Below are positions 38,766 to 47,919 of a stretch of 64,000 nucleotides of DNA, in pieces; the first letter of the stretch is position 1, and each line of letters begins with the position of its first letter. The translations under genes were made by a program, and so were the position numbers. Below the pieces are notes generated by a model. It was not told where the DNA came from. It did no database searches and worked only from the letters and a program-made list of their open reading frames with translations. Origin of the DNA: Arenicellales bacterium (lineage in GTDB: Bacteria; Pseudomonadota; Gammaproteobacteria; Arenicellales; JAJDZL01); NCBI GenBank assembly GCA_965206345.1, contig OZ242211.1, forward strand, positions 1,692,586 through 1,756,585. The letters are read 5' to 3'.

Positions 38766-39476
38766 ATGAGTTTTCCACAAGGAATTCAATTTCTTGAGTC
38801 GCGGGGCATCAACCTATTTCACGCATTTGATACACCTGACATTGCCGGAATCATTAGCAAAGCCGTACCTGATCTGGATTTGAGCCCTTATCCCACAACG
38901 GTGCTGACTGCACACGCAGGGTTCAAGTTCTGGCAATCAATGAAACAAGCGGGAATTCAAGGAGATGATCCAGTTGACCAGTATAGCGTTTTGCTAGCGC
39001 AGGAATATGCGGAAAGATTTCTGAACTGTCAGGCAGAAATTCTCTATCCATCGGACTATCCGATTTCACTGATGAGTATTGCCGAAAAGGCTGGCTGGAA
39101 CTATGTGTCTCCAATGGGTATCAGCATCCACCCGCATTACGGTACCTGGTTTGCCTACCGGACATTGTTTTTGGTCAAGACGCAGTTAACTCCAACACCG
39201 CGACTTGTAGCTGAGCATCCTTGTGAGACCTGCATGGACAAGCCTTGTCAAACTGTCTGTCCCTCTGGCGCGGTTACCGAGATCGGTTCATTCAATCTTG
39301 AAGTCTGTGCGCGTTACAGAATTCGGGACGAGTCACCCTGTTCGTATCAATGCCAGTCGCGCAATATATGCCCGGTCGGAGCGCAGTACCGATACGTTCC
39401 CGAACAGATGAAATATCATTACCGACGGTCAAGGAATACGATGAAACGCTATTTTGGTTCTGAAGCAGGTAATTAA
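38766..39476 (+). CDS. QueG/CblC-like FeS protein of unknown function
   Basis: GISIHPHYGTWFAYR followed by CETCMDKPCQTVCP...C...CSYQCQSRNICP. Confidence 0.7.
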   Translation: MSFPQGIQFLESRGINLFHAFDTPDIAGIISKAVPDLDLSPYPTTVLTAHAGFKFWQSMKQAGIQGDDPVDQYSVLLAQEYAERFLNCQAEILYPSDYPISLMSIAEKAGWNYVSPMGISIHPHYGTWFAYRTLFLVKTQLTPTPRLVAEHPCETCMDKPCQTVCPSGAVTEIGSFNLEVCARYRIRDESPCSYQCQSRNICPVGAQYRYVPEQMKYHYRRSRNTMKRYFGSEAGN

Positions 39477-39493
39477 CGGAGGCGGTTAGTTCA

Positions 39494-39934
39494 ATGTATT
39501 TTGAAGAATACAAAGTGGGTGACAAGTTCAAGAGTTCGGGTGTAACTTTTACTGAAAGTGGCATCATTGATTTTGCAATCAAATACGATCCACAACCCTT
39601 TCACATTGATGTTGAGGCAGCGGCAAAATCGCAATACAAAGGACTGATTGCCAGTGGATTTCAAACATTGGCGCTGGTATTTCGAATGTATATTCAGGAA
39701 GGTTTCATCAAGCAGGGCATGGGTTCGCCGGGAATGGATGAGCTTCGCTGGCTGAAACCCGTACGCCCTGGCGATACACTTTATATTGAAAGTGAAGTGT
39801 TGGGCACCAAAGCTTCCAGCAGTAGAGAGGATCGGGGATATGTCGATATATTCTGCAGCTGGGTCAATCAACGCGACGAGGTTGTCATGACTGTTCGTCT
39901 CACTCAGATCATTCGGAGACGTCCGCCGGAATAG
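39494..39934 (+). CDS. MaoC-family (hot-dog fold) dehydratase
   Basis: FAIKYDPQPFHID, GLIASGFQT and LRWLKPVRPGDTL. Confidence 0.92.
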   Translation: MYFEEYKVGDKFKSSGVTFTESGIIDFAIKYDPQPFHIDVEAAAKSQYKGLIASGFQTLALVFRMYIQEGFIKQGMGSPGMDELRWLKPVRPGDTLYIESEVLGTKASSSREDRGYVDIFCSWVNQRDEVVMTVRLTQIIRRRPPE

Positions 39935-39988
39935 TATGCAAAATGCGGTTTCAAATAACCGCTCTCAATTGAAGCGAGGTCAGTTCTG

Positions 39989-40972
39989 ATGCGAGCTGCC
40001 TTGTTTGATTTCCCAGGCTCGCCACTCAGACTCGCGGATATAGAACTGCCATCTCCAGGACCTCAGGAGGTCCTTTTGCGAAATCGAGCGTGCGCAGTGT
40101 GTCGCACAGATTTGCATATCGTAGACGGAGACCTGAAAGTTCCTTCAACACCATTGATTCCAGGCCACCAGATTGTGGCTGAAGTTGCGAAAGTTGGTAA
40201 CGAAGTCAAGCATCTTCAAGTTGGTGATCGGATGGGTGTTCCGTGGCTTGGCAGTACCTGCGGACACTGCAATTTCTGTGTGAATGAACAGGAGAACCTG
40301 TGTGACATGGCGCGTTTCACCGGTCTTCACATCAATGGTGGTTTCGCTGAGTACAGCATTGCGGATTCAAGATTCTGTTTTCCCATGGATTCGTCATTGG
40401 ATGATCTTCAGCTAGCACCTTTACTCTGTGGAGGCTTGATTGGTTATCGGGCTTATCGCATGATTGAAGATGCGAAGAAAGTTGGATTTTATGGATTCGG
40501 ATCTGCTGCACACATCCTCTTGCAGTTGGCAGTTTATGAGGACCGAAAGGTGTTTGCGTTTACCAGGGACGGTGACTCGGATTCTCAATTGTTCGCCAGA
40601 AAAATGGGTGCTTATTGGTCAGGTGGTTCCGGTGATCATCCGCCCGAGCCATTGGACGCGGTCATCATTTTTGCACCAGTTGGTGAATTGGTACCGGTAG
40701 CACTCCACACTGTTCAAAAAGGCGGGGTTGTCGTGTGTGCAGGAATTCACATGAGTGATATCCCCTCCATGCCCTATGAGTTGTTATGGGGAGAGCGTAC
40801 TGTGCGCTCTGTCGCCAACCTTACACGAAGAGATGGTTGGGAATTCTTGGAACTCGCCGCAAAAATTCCGGTGCGAACCAGTGTTCAGAGCTATCCGCTA
40901 GAGAAGGTCAATCAAGCACTCGACGATTTGAGAGATGGTAACATCAAAGGATCGGCTGTGATTTTGCTATGA
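39989..40972 (+). CDS. Zinc-dependent alcohol dehydrogenase (AdhP-like)
   Basis: CAVCRTDLH, PGHQIV, CGHCNFC...ENLC, APLLCGGLIG and GFYGFG. Confidence 0.93.
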   Translation: MRAALFDFPGSPLRLADIELPSPGPQEVLLRNRACAVCRTDLHIVDGDLKVPSTPLIPGHQIVAEVAKVGNEVKHLQVGDRMGVPWLGSTCGHCNFCVNEQENLCDMARFTGLHINGGFAEYSIADSRFCFPMDSSLDDLQLAPLLCGGLIGYRAYRMIEDAKKVGFYGFGSAAHILLQLAVYEDRKVFAFTRDGDSDSQLFARKMGAYWSGGSGDHPPEPLDAVIIFAPVGELVPVALHTVQKGGVVVCAGIHMSDIPSMPYELLWGERTVRSVANLTRRDGWEFLELAAKIPVRTSVQSYPLEKVNQALDDLRDGNIKGSAVILL

Positions 40973-41278
40973 CAGATTGAGGTACAAAGTTGGATCATTG
41001 TTCTGAAATGCTGAGGTTCTAGCAATGGCAGACTGCATGCGGCGAACATCATCACAGATTATTCACTGAGTTGGTTATCAGACTCCATAACCTGTGTCTA
41101 CAGATAAGATCGGCTAGCAGGACTGATGAACAAGCGTTTAATATTCGCGATTTACGAACGGAATCGGAAGAAAATATTGTCAGAACTTCAGATAAACACT
41201 ATGCTGTTGAAAGGTGTTTTGAATAGCGCCCACTCGGTTGGTCGACTTAGGGCGTGAATAGGGAAGCGATTATCTCGC

Positions 41279-41605
41279 TCAGCTTTTGCGTTCGTGTTTC
41301 GAACCGCCTCTGCACAAGGGCGAATCAAATGTTGCGCCGCCACTAGCTTGCCATTCGTCTGGAGTCATAGTCTGAAGTGACAAGGCATGAACTCCATCAG
41401 CGAATTGATCTGCCAAAAGTTCGTTAATCATGCGATGTCGATTGACTAACGTTTTACCGCCGAATTGTTCGGAAACCGCAACCACCTTGAAATGTGTTTC
41501 CGAACCTTTGGGCACATTGTGCATTCCGCTCTCGTTGATCACATCAAGATGGGCGGGGTTTAACGCTTCTGATAGCGTTTTAGTGATTTGATTTTGAATG
41601 ATCAT
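41279..41605 (-). CDS. bolA: BolA-family protein
   Basis: NESGMHNVPKGSETHFKV, RHRMI, GVHALSL and SPLCRGG. Confidence 0.93.
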   Translation of the reverse strand: MIIQNQITKTLSEALNPAHLDVINESGMHNVPKGSETHFKVVAVSEQFGGKTLVNRHRMINELLADQFADGVHALSLQTMTPDEWQASGGATFDSPLCRGGSKHERKS

Positions 41606-41956
41606 GCTACAAACTAATGAAATTGTACAGGATACCCCGCTGAAATATAGTCATCATAGTGAAGACGATTACTCTGTAGGGGTTTTGCAACTGATTTCAT
41701 CGGCAGTGCTAAACCAAGTGGATGAGAGAACCTCATATGAATGAGAATCAGGCAATTGACAAGGTTGCGGTAGTCGAAATCTTTGGCGTATAACGGGTTG
41801 TTGAAAGATCTGAATTTACAAAGTAGAAAAATTTTGAAGACTTCGATTCGATCACATAGCGATTGAAGAATCTGTTTAGAAACACGTTGAAATTCGAAAC
41901 ACCATTCACATTGACTTGGTCGTGCTGTCGCCAGTCCAGTGCGACATGATCCTGGA

Positions 41957-44371
41957 TCAGAAATTGTACTCGGCAGAAACAAAATAAGTTCGACCGAGCA
42001 TAGAATGATAACTTGTCAACCCTGCATCAATTGTATCGGTTGGGTCGGTTGGAGGGCCTCGATTTTCAATATTGAGCACACCGAATTTGACCGTTAGATC
42101 ATCATAACCCCCTACCTTGTGGAGTTCAAATCCCACGTTATGGGTAAACCATTCATCATACCTGTATGTTTCCGACGCGTTATTGAACCCCGAAACGAAG
42201 AATGTTGACCACCGTGCGGAAAGATTTCCTTTCGACCCAAGCCATGTAAAACCCAATTGGTCGCGAGGACTATCTATTGTGTTGTCACTTCCGAAAGCTG
42301 TATTCTCTGATCCTAATCCCCGAGTCCAATCGAAAATAATTTGGTTGTTCCAGGATTCGGATCGCCAGTCGCGCTGGGCTCGTAGGTACAGTGCGTCACT
42401 CTTTGAACTAGCTGCATTCAAGTAAGGGACAGTCATTTCAACAATTCGTGTACCTTCTCTCGTGATTTCTGCACCTTCAGGTAAACTCTCGGCACCTAGT
42501 TCGTGTTCAATTTCAACAATTGCTCGCGTGCTTGAAGATGGCGAGTTGCTGGTTTTGCTTCGTACTAAATCAGCATTAATTTGCATCGTACCGATTGTGG
42601 TTGACATCCCCAGACTATAGTTTTCGACTTTGACAGGTTCGAGATTCGGATTTCCTATGTACTCGGCTTTGACTTGATAGCTACAATAGTTACACGCTGG
42701 GTCTCGAATAGTGGGATGCGAAATCGTGTGCGAGTAAAGTGAACTTAGAGACGGAGAGTTTGATCCAGCCATCCAGGATGCCCGGAATCCCATGTTTTCT
42801 GAGGCGTAAAATTCGCCTGCAATTCGATGCCGCGTGGTGGTTCCGACATCACTATATCGATCACCGCGCAATCCGAGTGAAAAATTCCAACGCTCATCTG
42901 GCTTCATTTTCAATTCAGTAAACAGAGATTGACGGCGTTGTTGTCCGTCAATCCCATTTAAGAAAGAGCCGATGACGTTATCGTCCTGACGATGTTGATC
43001 GAAAATGTTTTGTAGTTTCACCTTGGCAAATTCAAAACCTGCTGTCCAATCAACATCGTGATCAGCCAACTTTAGGCCTGACCAGTTGAACTCGTTTCGG
43101 AAAATTGTATTGGTCCAATCCAATTCACGAGTAAGTTGTACCTCGATATTTTTCAATACAGTTTCGGGTGTTTCAAAGGGATTCACTACATCGTATGTGG
43201 TGTCAGCGATCGCATCCTGTGCAGCATTCTTCAAAATGTAGTTGTTGCCAATTTCGGATTCACTGTAACTGTTGAAATTGAATTCTGTATTCCAGTTCAA
43301 GTTATTAGCGATTTGACTCTGAAGTGCAAAACTGAATTCAAACTCTCTGAAGTCCTCTGAATCTTCGCGATTCCCATTTGCTACAAAACGATGAAAAAGT
43401 GATACATCTCGAGGGAGCCCGATACTTGTGGCCACGTTTGCTGGTAGTGTCACATCAAATTCATCGACTGCTGGCGCTGACCGGTCAAAATTTGATCCGT
43501 CACTGATTCTGGCATCCAGGGTGAAAGATCGATCATCATCAAGAGAACTACGTGTATTCACCAAATAGCTATTGCGTTGAGACTTCACAGTAAACCAAGC
43601 AATATTTGCCCACGGGAACCCGCAGCCGGTTGCTCCGGTAATACCGCCCGGCTCGTTGAGGATGCCTGTATAAACTTCCGGGTCGCAACTCCCGACTGCC
43701 CTTGCAGTATTATTTGCAAATGCAGTATTTCCTCCAAGTGAAACTCCACGCGTGTCTGCAAACGTTCCGCCAGGTGTCCACTTTGCCTTGAGAAATTCGC
43801 GATCTGAGTATTGAATTTGTTCTCGTTTGAAGTGTTCTGCTGCCATAAAGATAGTACCGTTTTCCAGCTCACCACCCCAGACAAGGTTCAATTGGTCAGT
43901 GTCTGCACCTTTTGTAGTTGGACGTTCAGCACTCAATTGAACAGCCCCTTCGTGAAACTGATCCCGAAGCACTATATTGACTGTGTTACTTGTTGCCTGA
44001 TTATTCAAAGAAACTGAAGGGCTGCCGGCCCAAACTTCAATTCTTTCGATTGCGACTAGCGGGATTGACGAGACAGAGTAGAGACTTAGCCGCCCATCTA
44101 AATAAATTGTGCCGGAGAAAATTGTCTCGTCAAACAGGTCTCCAAAAGTGCGTCGGCCCGATAATTCAATTTGCTGTCGAGTGATGATGTAGGTTGGTTT
44201 CTGCAGACCGGACGGTGCGGTCATCCTGTCTACTGTATTTGAGGATTCATACGCAATAGCGTCATGTGACGAAAAAAGGCACACCATTGCGCTTGCCACA
44301 AACAGTGCACCGGCGACTTTCATGTAATTTTGGATTGCCACTATTGTGCTTGAAATGAGGTTAACTTGCAT
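41957..44371 (-). CDS. TonB-dependent outer-membrane receptor
   Basis: IPLVAIERIEV...VNIVL plug end, GNPNLEP, GVLNIENRGPP and GRTYFVSAEYNF with terminal Phe. Confidence 0.88.
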   Translation of the reverse strand: MQVNLISSTIVAIQNYMKVAGALFVASAMVCLFSSHDAIAYESSNTVDRMTAPSGLQKPTYIITRQQIELSGRRTFGDLFDETIFSGTIYLDGRLSLYSVSSIPLVAIERIEVWAGSPSVSLNNQATSNTVNIVLRDQFHEGAVQLSAERPTTKGADTDQLNLVWGGELENGTIFMAAEHFKREQIQYSDREFLKAKWTPGGTFADTRGVSLGGNTAFANNTARAVGSCDPEVYTGILNEPGGITGATGCGFPWANIAWFTVKSQRNSYLVNTRSSLDDDRSFTLDARISDGSNFDRSAPAVDEFDVTLPANVATSIGLPRDVSLFHRFVANGNREDSEDFREFEFSFALQSQIANNLNWNTEFNFNSYSESEIGNNYILKNAAQDAIADTTYDVVNPFETPETVLKNIEVQLTRELDWTNTIFRNEFNWSGLKLADHDVDWTAGFEFAKVKLQNIFDQHRQDDNVIGSFLNGIDGQQRRQSLFTELKMKPDERWNFSLGLRGDRYSDVGTTTRHRIAGEFYASENMGFRASWMAGSNSPSLSSLYSHTISHPTIRDPACNYCSYQVKAEYIGNPNLEPVKVENYSLGMSTTIGTMQINADLVRSKTSNSPSSSTRAIVEIEHELGAESLPEGAEITREGTRIVEMTVPYLNAASSKSDALYLRAQRDWRSESWNNQIIFDWTRGLGSENTAFGSDNTIDSPRDQLGFTWLGSKGNLSARWSTFFVSGFNNASETYRYDEWFTHNVGFELHKVGGYDDLTVKFGVLNIENRGPPTDPTDTIDAGLTSYHSMLGRTYFVSAEYNF

Positions 44372-44895
44372 TACAACAAACTTCCATTTTTGTTGATTGA
44401 TAGACGACGGAATACAATGTTGATAGCCTTGTTTTAATCTATGATTCTGTCACCCAATGGTGATTTCGTTAGTTGTTATATTTTATTGTTTGTACAAAGA
44501 TTTTATCTTTTATACAAACTCAAGTTTTCGGTTAACGAGACTGAGTGAAATCGACTACCAACAATGTGGATTTGGGAGAGATTGAGTCGTGTTTAGCAAG
44601 TTGTTATAGCGCAGGTGCTGGTCTGACCCGTCTTCTCTAAGGACTGCAAAAAGTCGGAAAATTGAATTAGACGCAAGTGTGCGGATTTCATAAGGGCACA
44701 CACACTGAATGAAGTGCAGCACGGGGTCTAATAGATATATGCAAGCCGAGTTTCATGTCTTCAGTGACGCTGTTCCAAGGTAGCTGGTGAGCAGTGAATC
44801 ATTGTCAATAGAACAATAGGATCAAAAGAAGGTTGAAAGGAACGTTCCGATGAAAGCGATGGGTTGACTCAACCGGGGACTTCATGGATATAGTG

Positions 44896-44992
44896 TGGTG
44901 GTGTACCAGCGCGTCAGGAAGTTTGCCTGGACGGAAAGTCACTCGCACGTAACTTGCGCAATTGAGTCCGTGAATCCTGCGCGCTTTTGTTT
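44896..44992 (+). ncRNA. Candidate structured RNA (leader element or sRNA) upstream of glyA
   Basis: Closing helix AGCGCG(T)CAGGA / TCCTGCGCGCT, internal hairpins and a following TTTTGTTT. No recognised family. Confidence 0.35.
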
Positions 44993-45077
44993 GAACAGAA
45001 TTAAAATGTGAGATTGCAATTTAGCGTATTTCAACCGTATCCTAAAGTGGGGTTTTGTAGTATCCAAGGAGACGCCC

Positions 45078-46328
45078 ATGTTCAAGATGACCGAAACAAT
45101 CCAGAGCTATGATGGTGAACTGTGGGAAGCCATAGAGAATGAACAGGTTCGCCAGGAAGAACATATTGAGTTAATCGCCTCCGAAAATTACACCAGCCCC
45201 CGAGTATTGCAGGCACAGGGATCGGTACTCACCAACAAGTATGCCGAAGGTTACCCCGGACGGCGTTACTACGGCGGCTGCGAATTTGTTGATATCGCAG
45301 AAAATCTCGCAATCGAACGCGCCAAAAAGCTGTTCGATGCGGCTTATGTGAATGTACAGCCCCATTCCGGCTCGCAAGCCAACTCTGCGGTTTACATGGC
45401 GTTGCTGGAACCGCACGATACTGTTCTTGGCATGAGTCTTGATCACGGTGGACACCTGACTCACGGTGCCAAAGTTAACTTTTCCGGAAAAATCTACAAC
45501 TCGGTTCTTTACGGCGTAGACTCGGAAGGTATTGCTGATTACGGACAGATTGCTGAACTCGCTGCCGAACACAAACCAAAAATGATTATTGCCGGTTTTT
45601 CTGCTTACTCCAGGGTCATGGACTGGGATCGATTTCGTCAGATTTCTGACGACGTCGGCGCTTATCTGTTTGTTGATATGGCGCACGTTGCAGGACTGAT
45701 AGCAGCGGGTCTTTATCCTAACCCGGTACCGATTGCGGATGTGACGACAACTACGACACACAAGACTCTACGTGGGCCTAGAGGTGGTTTAATTCTGGCA
45801 CGCGAAAATCCTGAGGTTGAGAAAAAACTTGCTTCCTCTGTTTTCCCTGGTGGTCAGGGTGGACCGATGATGCACGTTATAGCCGGTAAAGCGGTTGCAT
45901 TTAAGGAAGCGCTTGAACCAGAATTTAAGGAGTATCAGCAGCAGGTGCTGACTAACGCACGCGCAATGGCAAAAACCTTTATGGATCGTGGCTATAAGGT
46001 GGTTTCGGGTGGAACAGACGATCACCTGTTCCTGCTTGACTTAATCGATAAGGATATTACTGGAAAAGATGCAGCGGCTGCGCTTGGTGAAGCAAACATT
46101 ACCGTGAACAAAAACACGGTACCAAATGATCCGCGTTCACCTTTTGTTACAAGCGGTCTTCGAATTGGCTCTCCAGCGTCCACCACACGTGGATTTAAGG
46201 AAGAAGAAATGGTGACGCTTACTCATTGGATCTGTGACATTCTTGATGACATTGAAAATCAGACAGTTTCTAACGAAATTAAGAGTAAAGTCAAGGAACT
46301 TTGCAGTCGATTCCCGGTATATAGCTAA
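45078..46328 (+). CDS. glyA: Serine hydroxymethyltransferase
   Basis: [29 protein letters not shown] and [14 protein letters not shown]. Confidence 0.98.
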   Translation: MFKMTETIQSYDGELWEAIENEQVRQEEHIELIASENYTSPRVLQAQGSVLTNKYAEGYPGRRYYGGCEFVDIAENLAIERAKKLFDAAYVNVQPHSGSQANSAVYMALLEPHDTVLGMSLDHGGHLTHGAKVNFSGKIYNSVLYGVDSEGIADYGQIAELAAEHKPKMIIAGFSAYSRVMDWDRFRQISDDVGAYLFVDMAHVAGLIAAGLYPNPVPIADVTTTTTHKTLRGPRGGLILARENPEVEKKLASSVFPGGQGGPMMHVIAGKAVAFKEALEPEFKEYQQQVLTNARAMAKTFMDRGYKVVSGGTDDHLFLLDLIDKDITGKDAAAALGEANITVNKNTVPNDPRSPFVTSGLRIGSPASTTRGFKEEEMVTLTHWICDILDDIENQTVSNEIKSKVKELCSRFPVYS

Positions 46329-46362
46329 ATTCATCCCAAATCTTCGCTCGGCTGGGGAGTCG

Positions 46363-47613
46363 ATGAAAGACTATTCGATTTTCAGCTTGGCCCGCCATGC
46401 GGTAAAACGTCACAAGAACTGGCCGCGCGCATGGCGGGACCCGGAGCCTAGACTCGCCTATGACATCGTCATTATTGGTGGTGGTGGACACGGACTCGCT
46501 ACCGCATACTATTTAGCGTCCGAACATGGCCAGTCCAACATCGCGGTGGTTGAGAAAGGTTGGATAGGTGGAGGCAACACTGGCCGAAATACGACAATCG
46601 TTCGTTCAAACTATCTGTGGGATGAATCGGCACACATCTACGAGAAATCTCTTGTGCTCTGGGAGTCGTTATCGCAGGAGCTGAATTTCAATGTCATGTT
46701 CAGTCAACGCGGGGTCCTGAATCTTGCCCATACACTGCAGGATATGCGTGATGTGTACCGGCGTTCCAATGCAAATCGGCTGAATGGCATAGACAGCGAA
46801 GTTCTTACCCCCGAGCAAATCAAGCAAATAGTTCCCATTATCAACACCTCTCCGGATGCCCGTCATCCAATTCTTGGCGCATCCTTTCAACCGCGTGGCG
46901 GAGTTGCGCGTCACGATGCTGTTGCTTGGGGATTTGCCCGGGCTGCGGACCGAAGAGGTGTGGATATTCTGCAAAATTGTGAGGTGACCGGGATTATTCG
47001 GGAGGACGGCCATGTGAGAGGAATCGAAACCACACGCGGCAAGATCATGGCCAATAAGGTGGGGGTTGTTGCGGCGGGACACTCTAGCGTCTTGGCCAAC
47101 ATGGCAGGCATACGTATGCCTATAGAAAGTCGGCCACTTCAGGCTTTGGTCTCGGAGCCGATCAAACCTGTGTTGCATACAGTTGTCATGTCCAATACAG
47201 TCCACGGCTACATAAGTCAGTCCGACAAGGGTGAATTGGTGATCGGTGCCGGCGTCGACGGGTATCTAGGATATGGGCAACGCGGCAGTTTCTCAACCAT
47301 TGAGCACAACGTTGCAGCAATTGTGGAGCTATTCCCGATTTTCAGTCGGGTGAGAATGATGCGCCAATGGGGTGGTATCGTAGACGTATGCCCGGATGCT
47401 TCACCGATTATCAGCAAGACACCGGTAAAGGGACTTTACTTTAACTGTGGGTGGGGAACCGGCGGATTTAAGGCAACACCGGGTTCCGGTTGGGCATTTG
47501 CGCACACCATCGCCAACGATGAACCGCATCCTCTTAATGCACCATTCAGCCTTGAGCGTTTTATTTCAGGTGCACTAATTGACGAACACGGTGCAGCGGG
47601 TGTTGCACATTAG
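46363..47613 (+). CDS. soxB: Sarcosine oxidase beta subunit
   Basis: [40 protein letters not shown] and [10 protein letters not shown]. Confidence 0.96.
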   Translation: MKDYSIFSLARHAVKRHKNWPRAWRDPEPRLAYDIVIIGGGGHGLATAYYLASEHGQSNIAVVEKGWIGGGNTGRNTTIVRSNYLWDESAHIYEKSLVLWESLSQELNFNVMFSQRGVLNLAHTLQDMRDVYRRSNANRLNGIDSEVLTPEQIKQIVPIINTSPDARHPILGASFQPRGGVARHDAVAWGFARAADRRGVDILQNCEVTGIIREDGHVRGIETTRGKIMANKVGVVAAGHSSVLANMAGIRMPIESRPLQALVSEPIKPVLHTVVMSNTVHGYISQSDKGELVIGAGVDGYLGYGQRGSFSTIEHNVAAIVELFPIFSRVRMMRQWGGIVDVCPDASPIISKTPVKGLYFNCGWGTGGFKATPGSGWAFAHTIANDEPHPLNAPFSLERFISGALIDEHGAAGVAH

Positions 47614-47637
47614 TCATTCGATGGGGGAAGTCGGAAA

Positions 47638-47919
47638 ATGCTGTTAATCTACTGTCCATGGTGTGGGCTGAGGGAAGAAACAGAATTCAGTTGTGGTGGT
47701 GAAGCGCATATTGTCCGACCACTGGAACCAGAAAACCTGACTGACGAACAGTGGGCAGATTACCTCTTCATGCGCAAGAATATCAAGGGAGATCAGCGAG
47801 AGCAGTGGTATCACAGCGGCGGTTGTCGACGCTGGTTCAATGCTGAGCGAAACACGGTTACCTACAAATTCGGGGTGACCTATAAACCAGGCGACCCGGT
47901 ACCGGGAGAAGACTCTTGA
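47638..47919 (+). CDS. soxD: Sarcosine oxidase delta subunit
   Basis: MLLIYCPWCGLREETEF and WYHSGGCRRWFNAERNT. Confidence 0.96.
   Translation: MLLIYCPWCGLREETEFSCGGEAHIVRPLEPENLTDEQWADYLFMRKNIKGDQREQWYHSGGCRRWFNAERNTVTYKFGVTYKPGDPVPGEDS

Noticed and set aside
41614-41982. 122-aa minus-strand ORF between bolA and the receptor, and similar ORFs at 28534-28725 and 52424-52738
   Set aside because: No motifs or RBS and atypical composition; treated as spurious.
44694-44753. Resemblance to a c-di-GMP-I riboswitch (GGCACAC...GGGTCTAA...AGCCGAG)
   Set aside because: Lacks the GNRA-capped P2 stem and the GACGCAAA junction; the pairing does not close.
44372-45077. Known riboswitches: cobalamin for the receptor; ZTP, glycine or THF for glyA
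   Set aside because: None of their conserved cores is recognisable on the relevant strand.
46234-46362. N-terminal extension of soxB overlapping glyA
   Set aside because: ATG 46363 has an RBS (GGGGAG) and matches typical SoxB starts.
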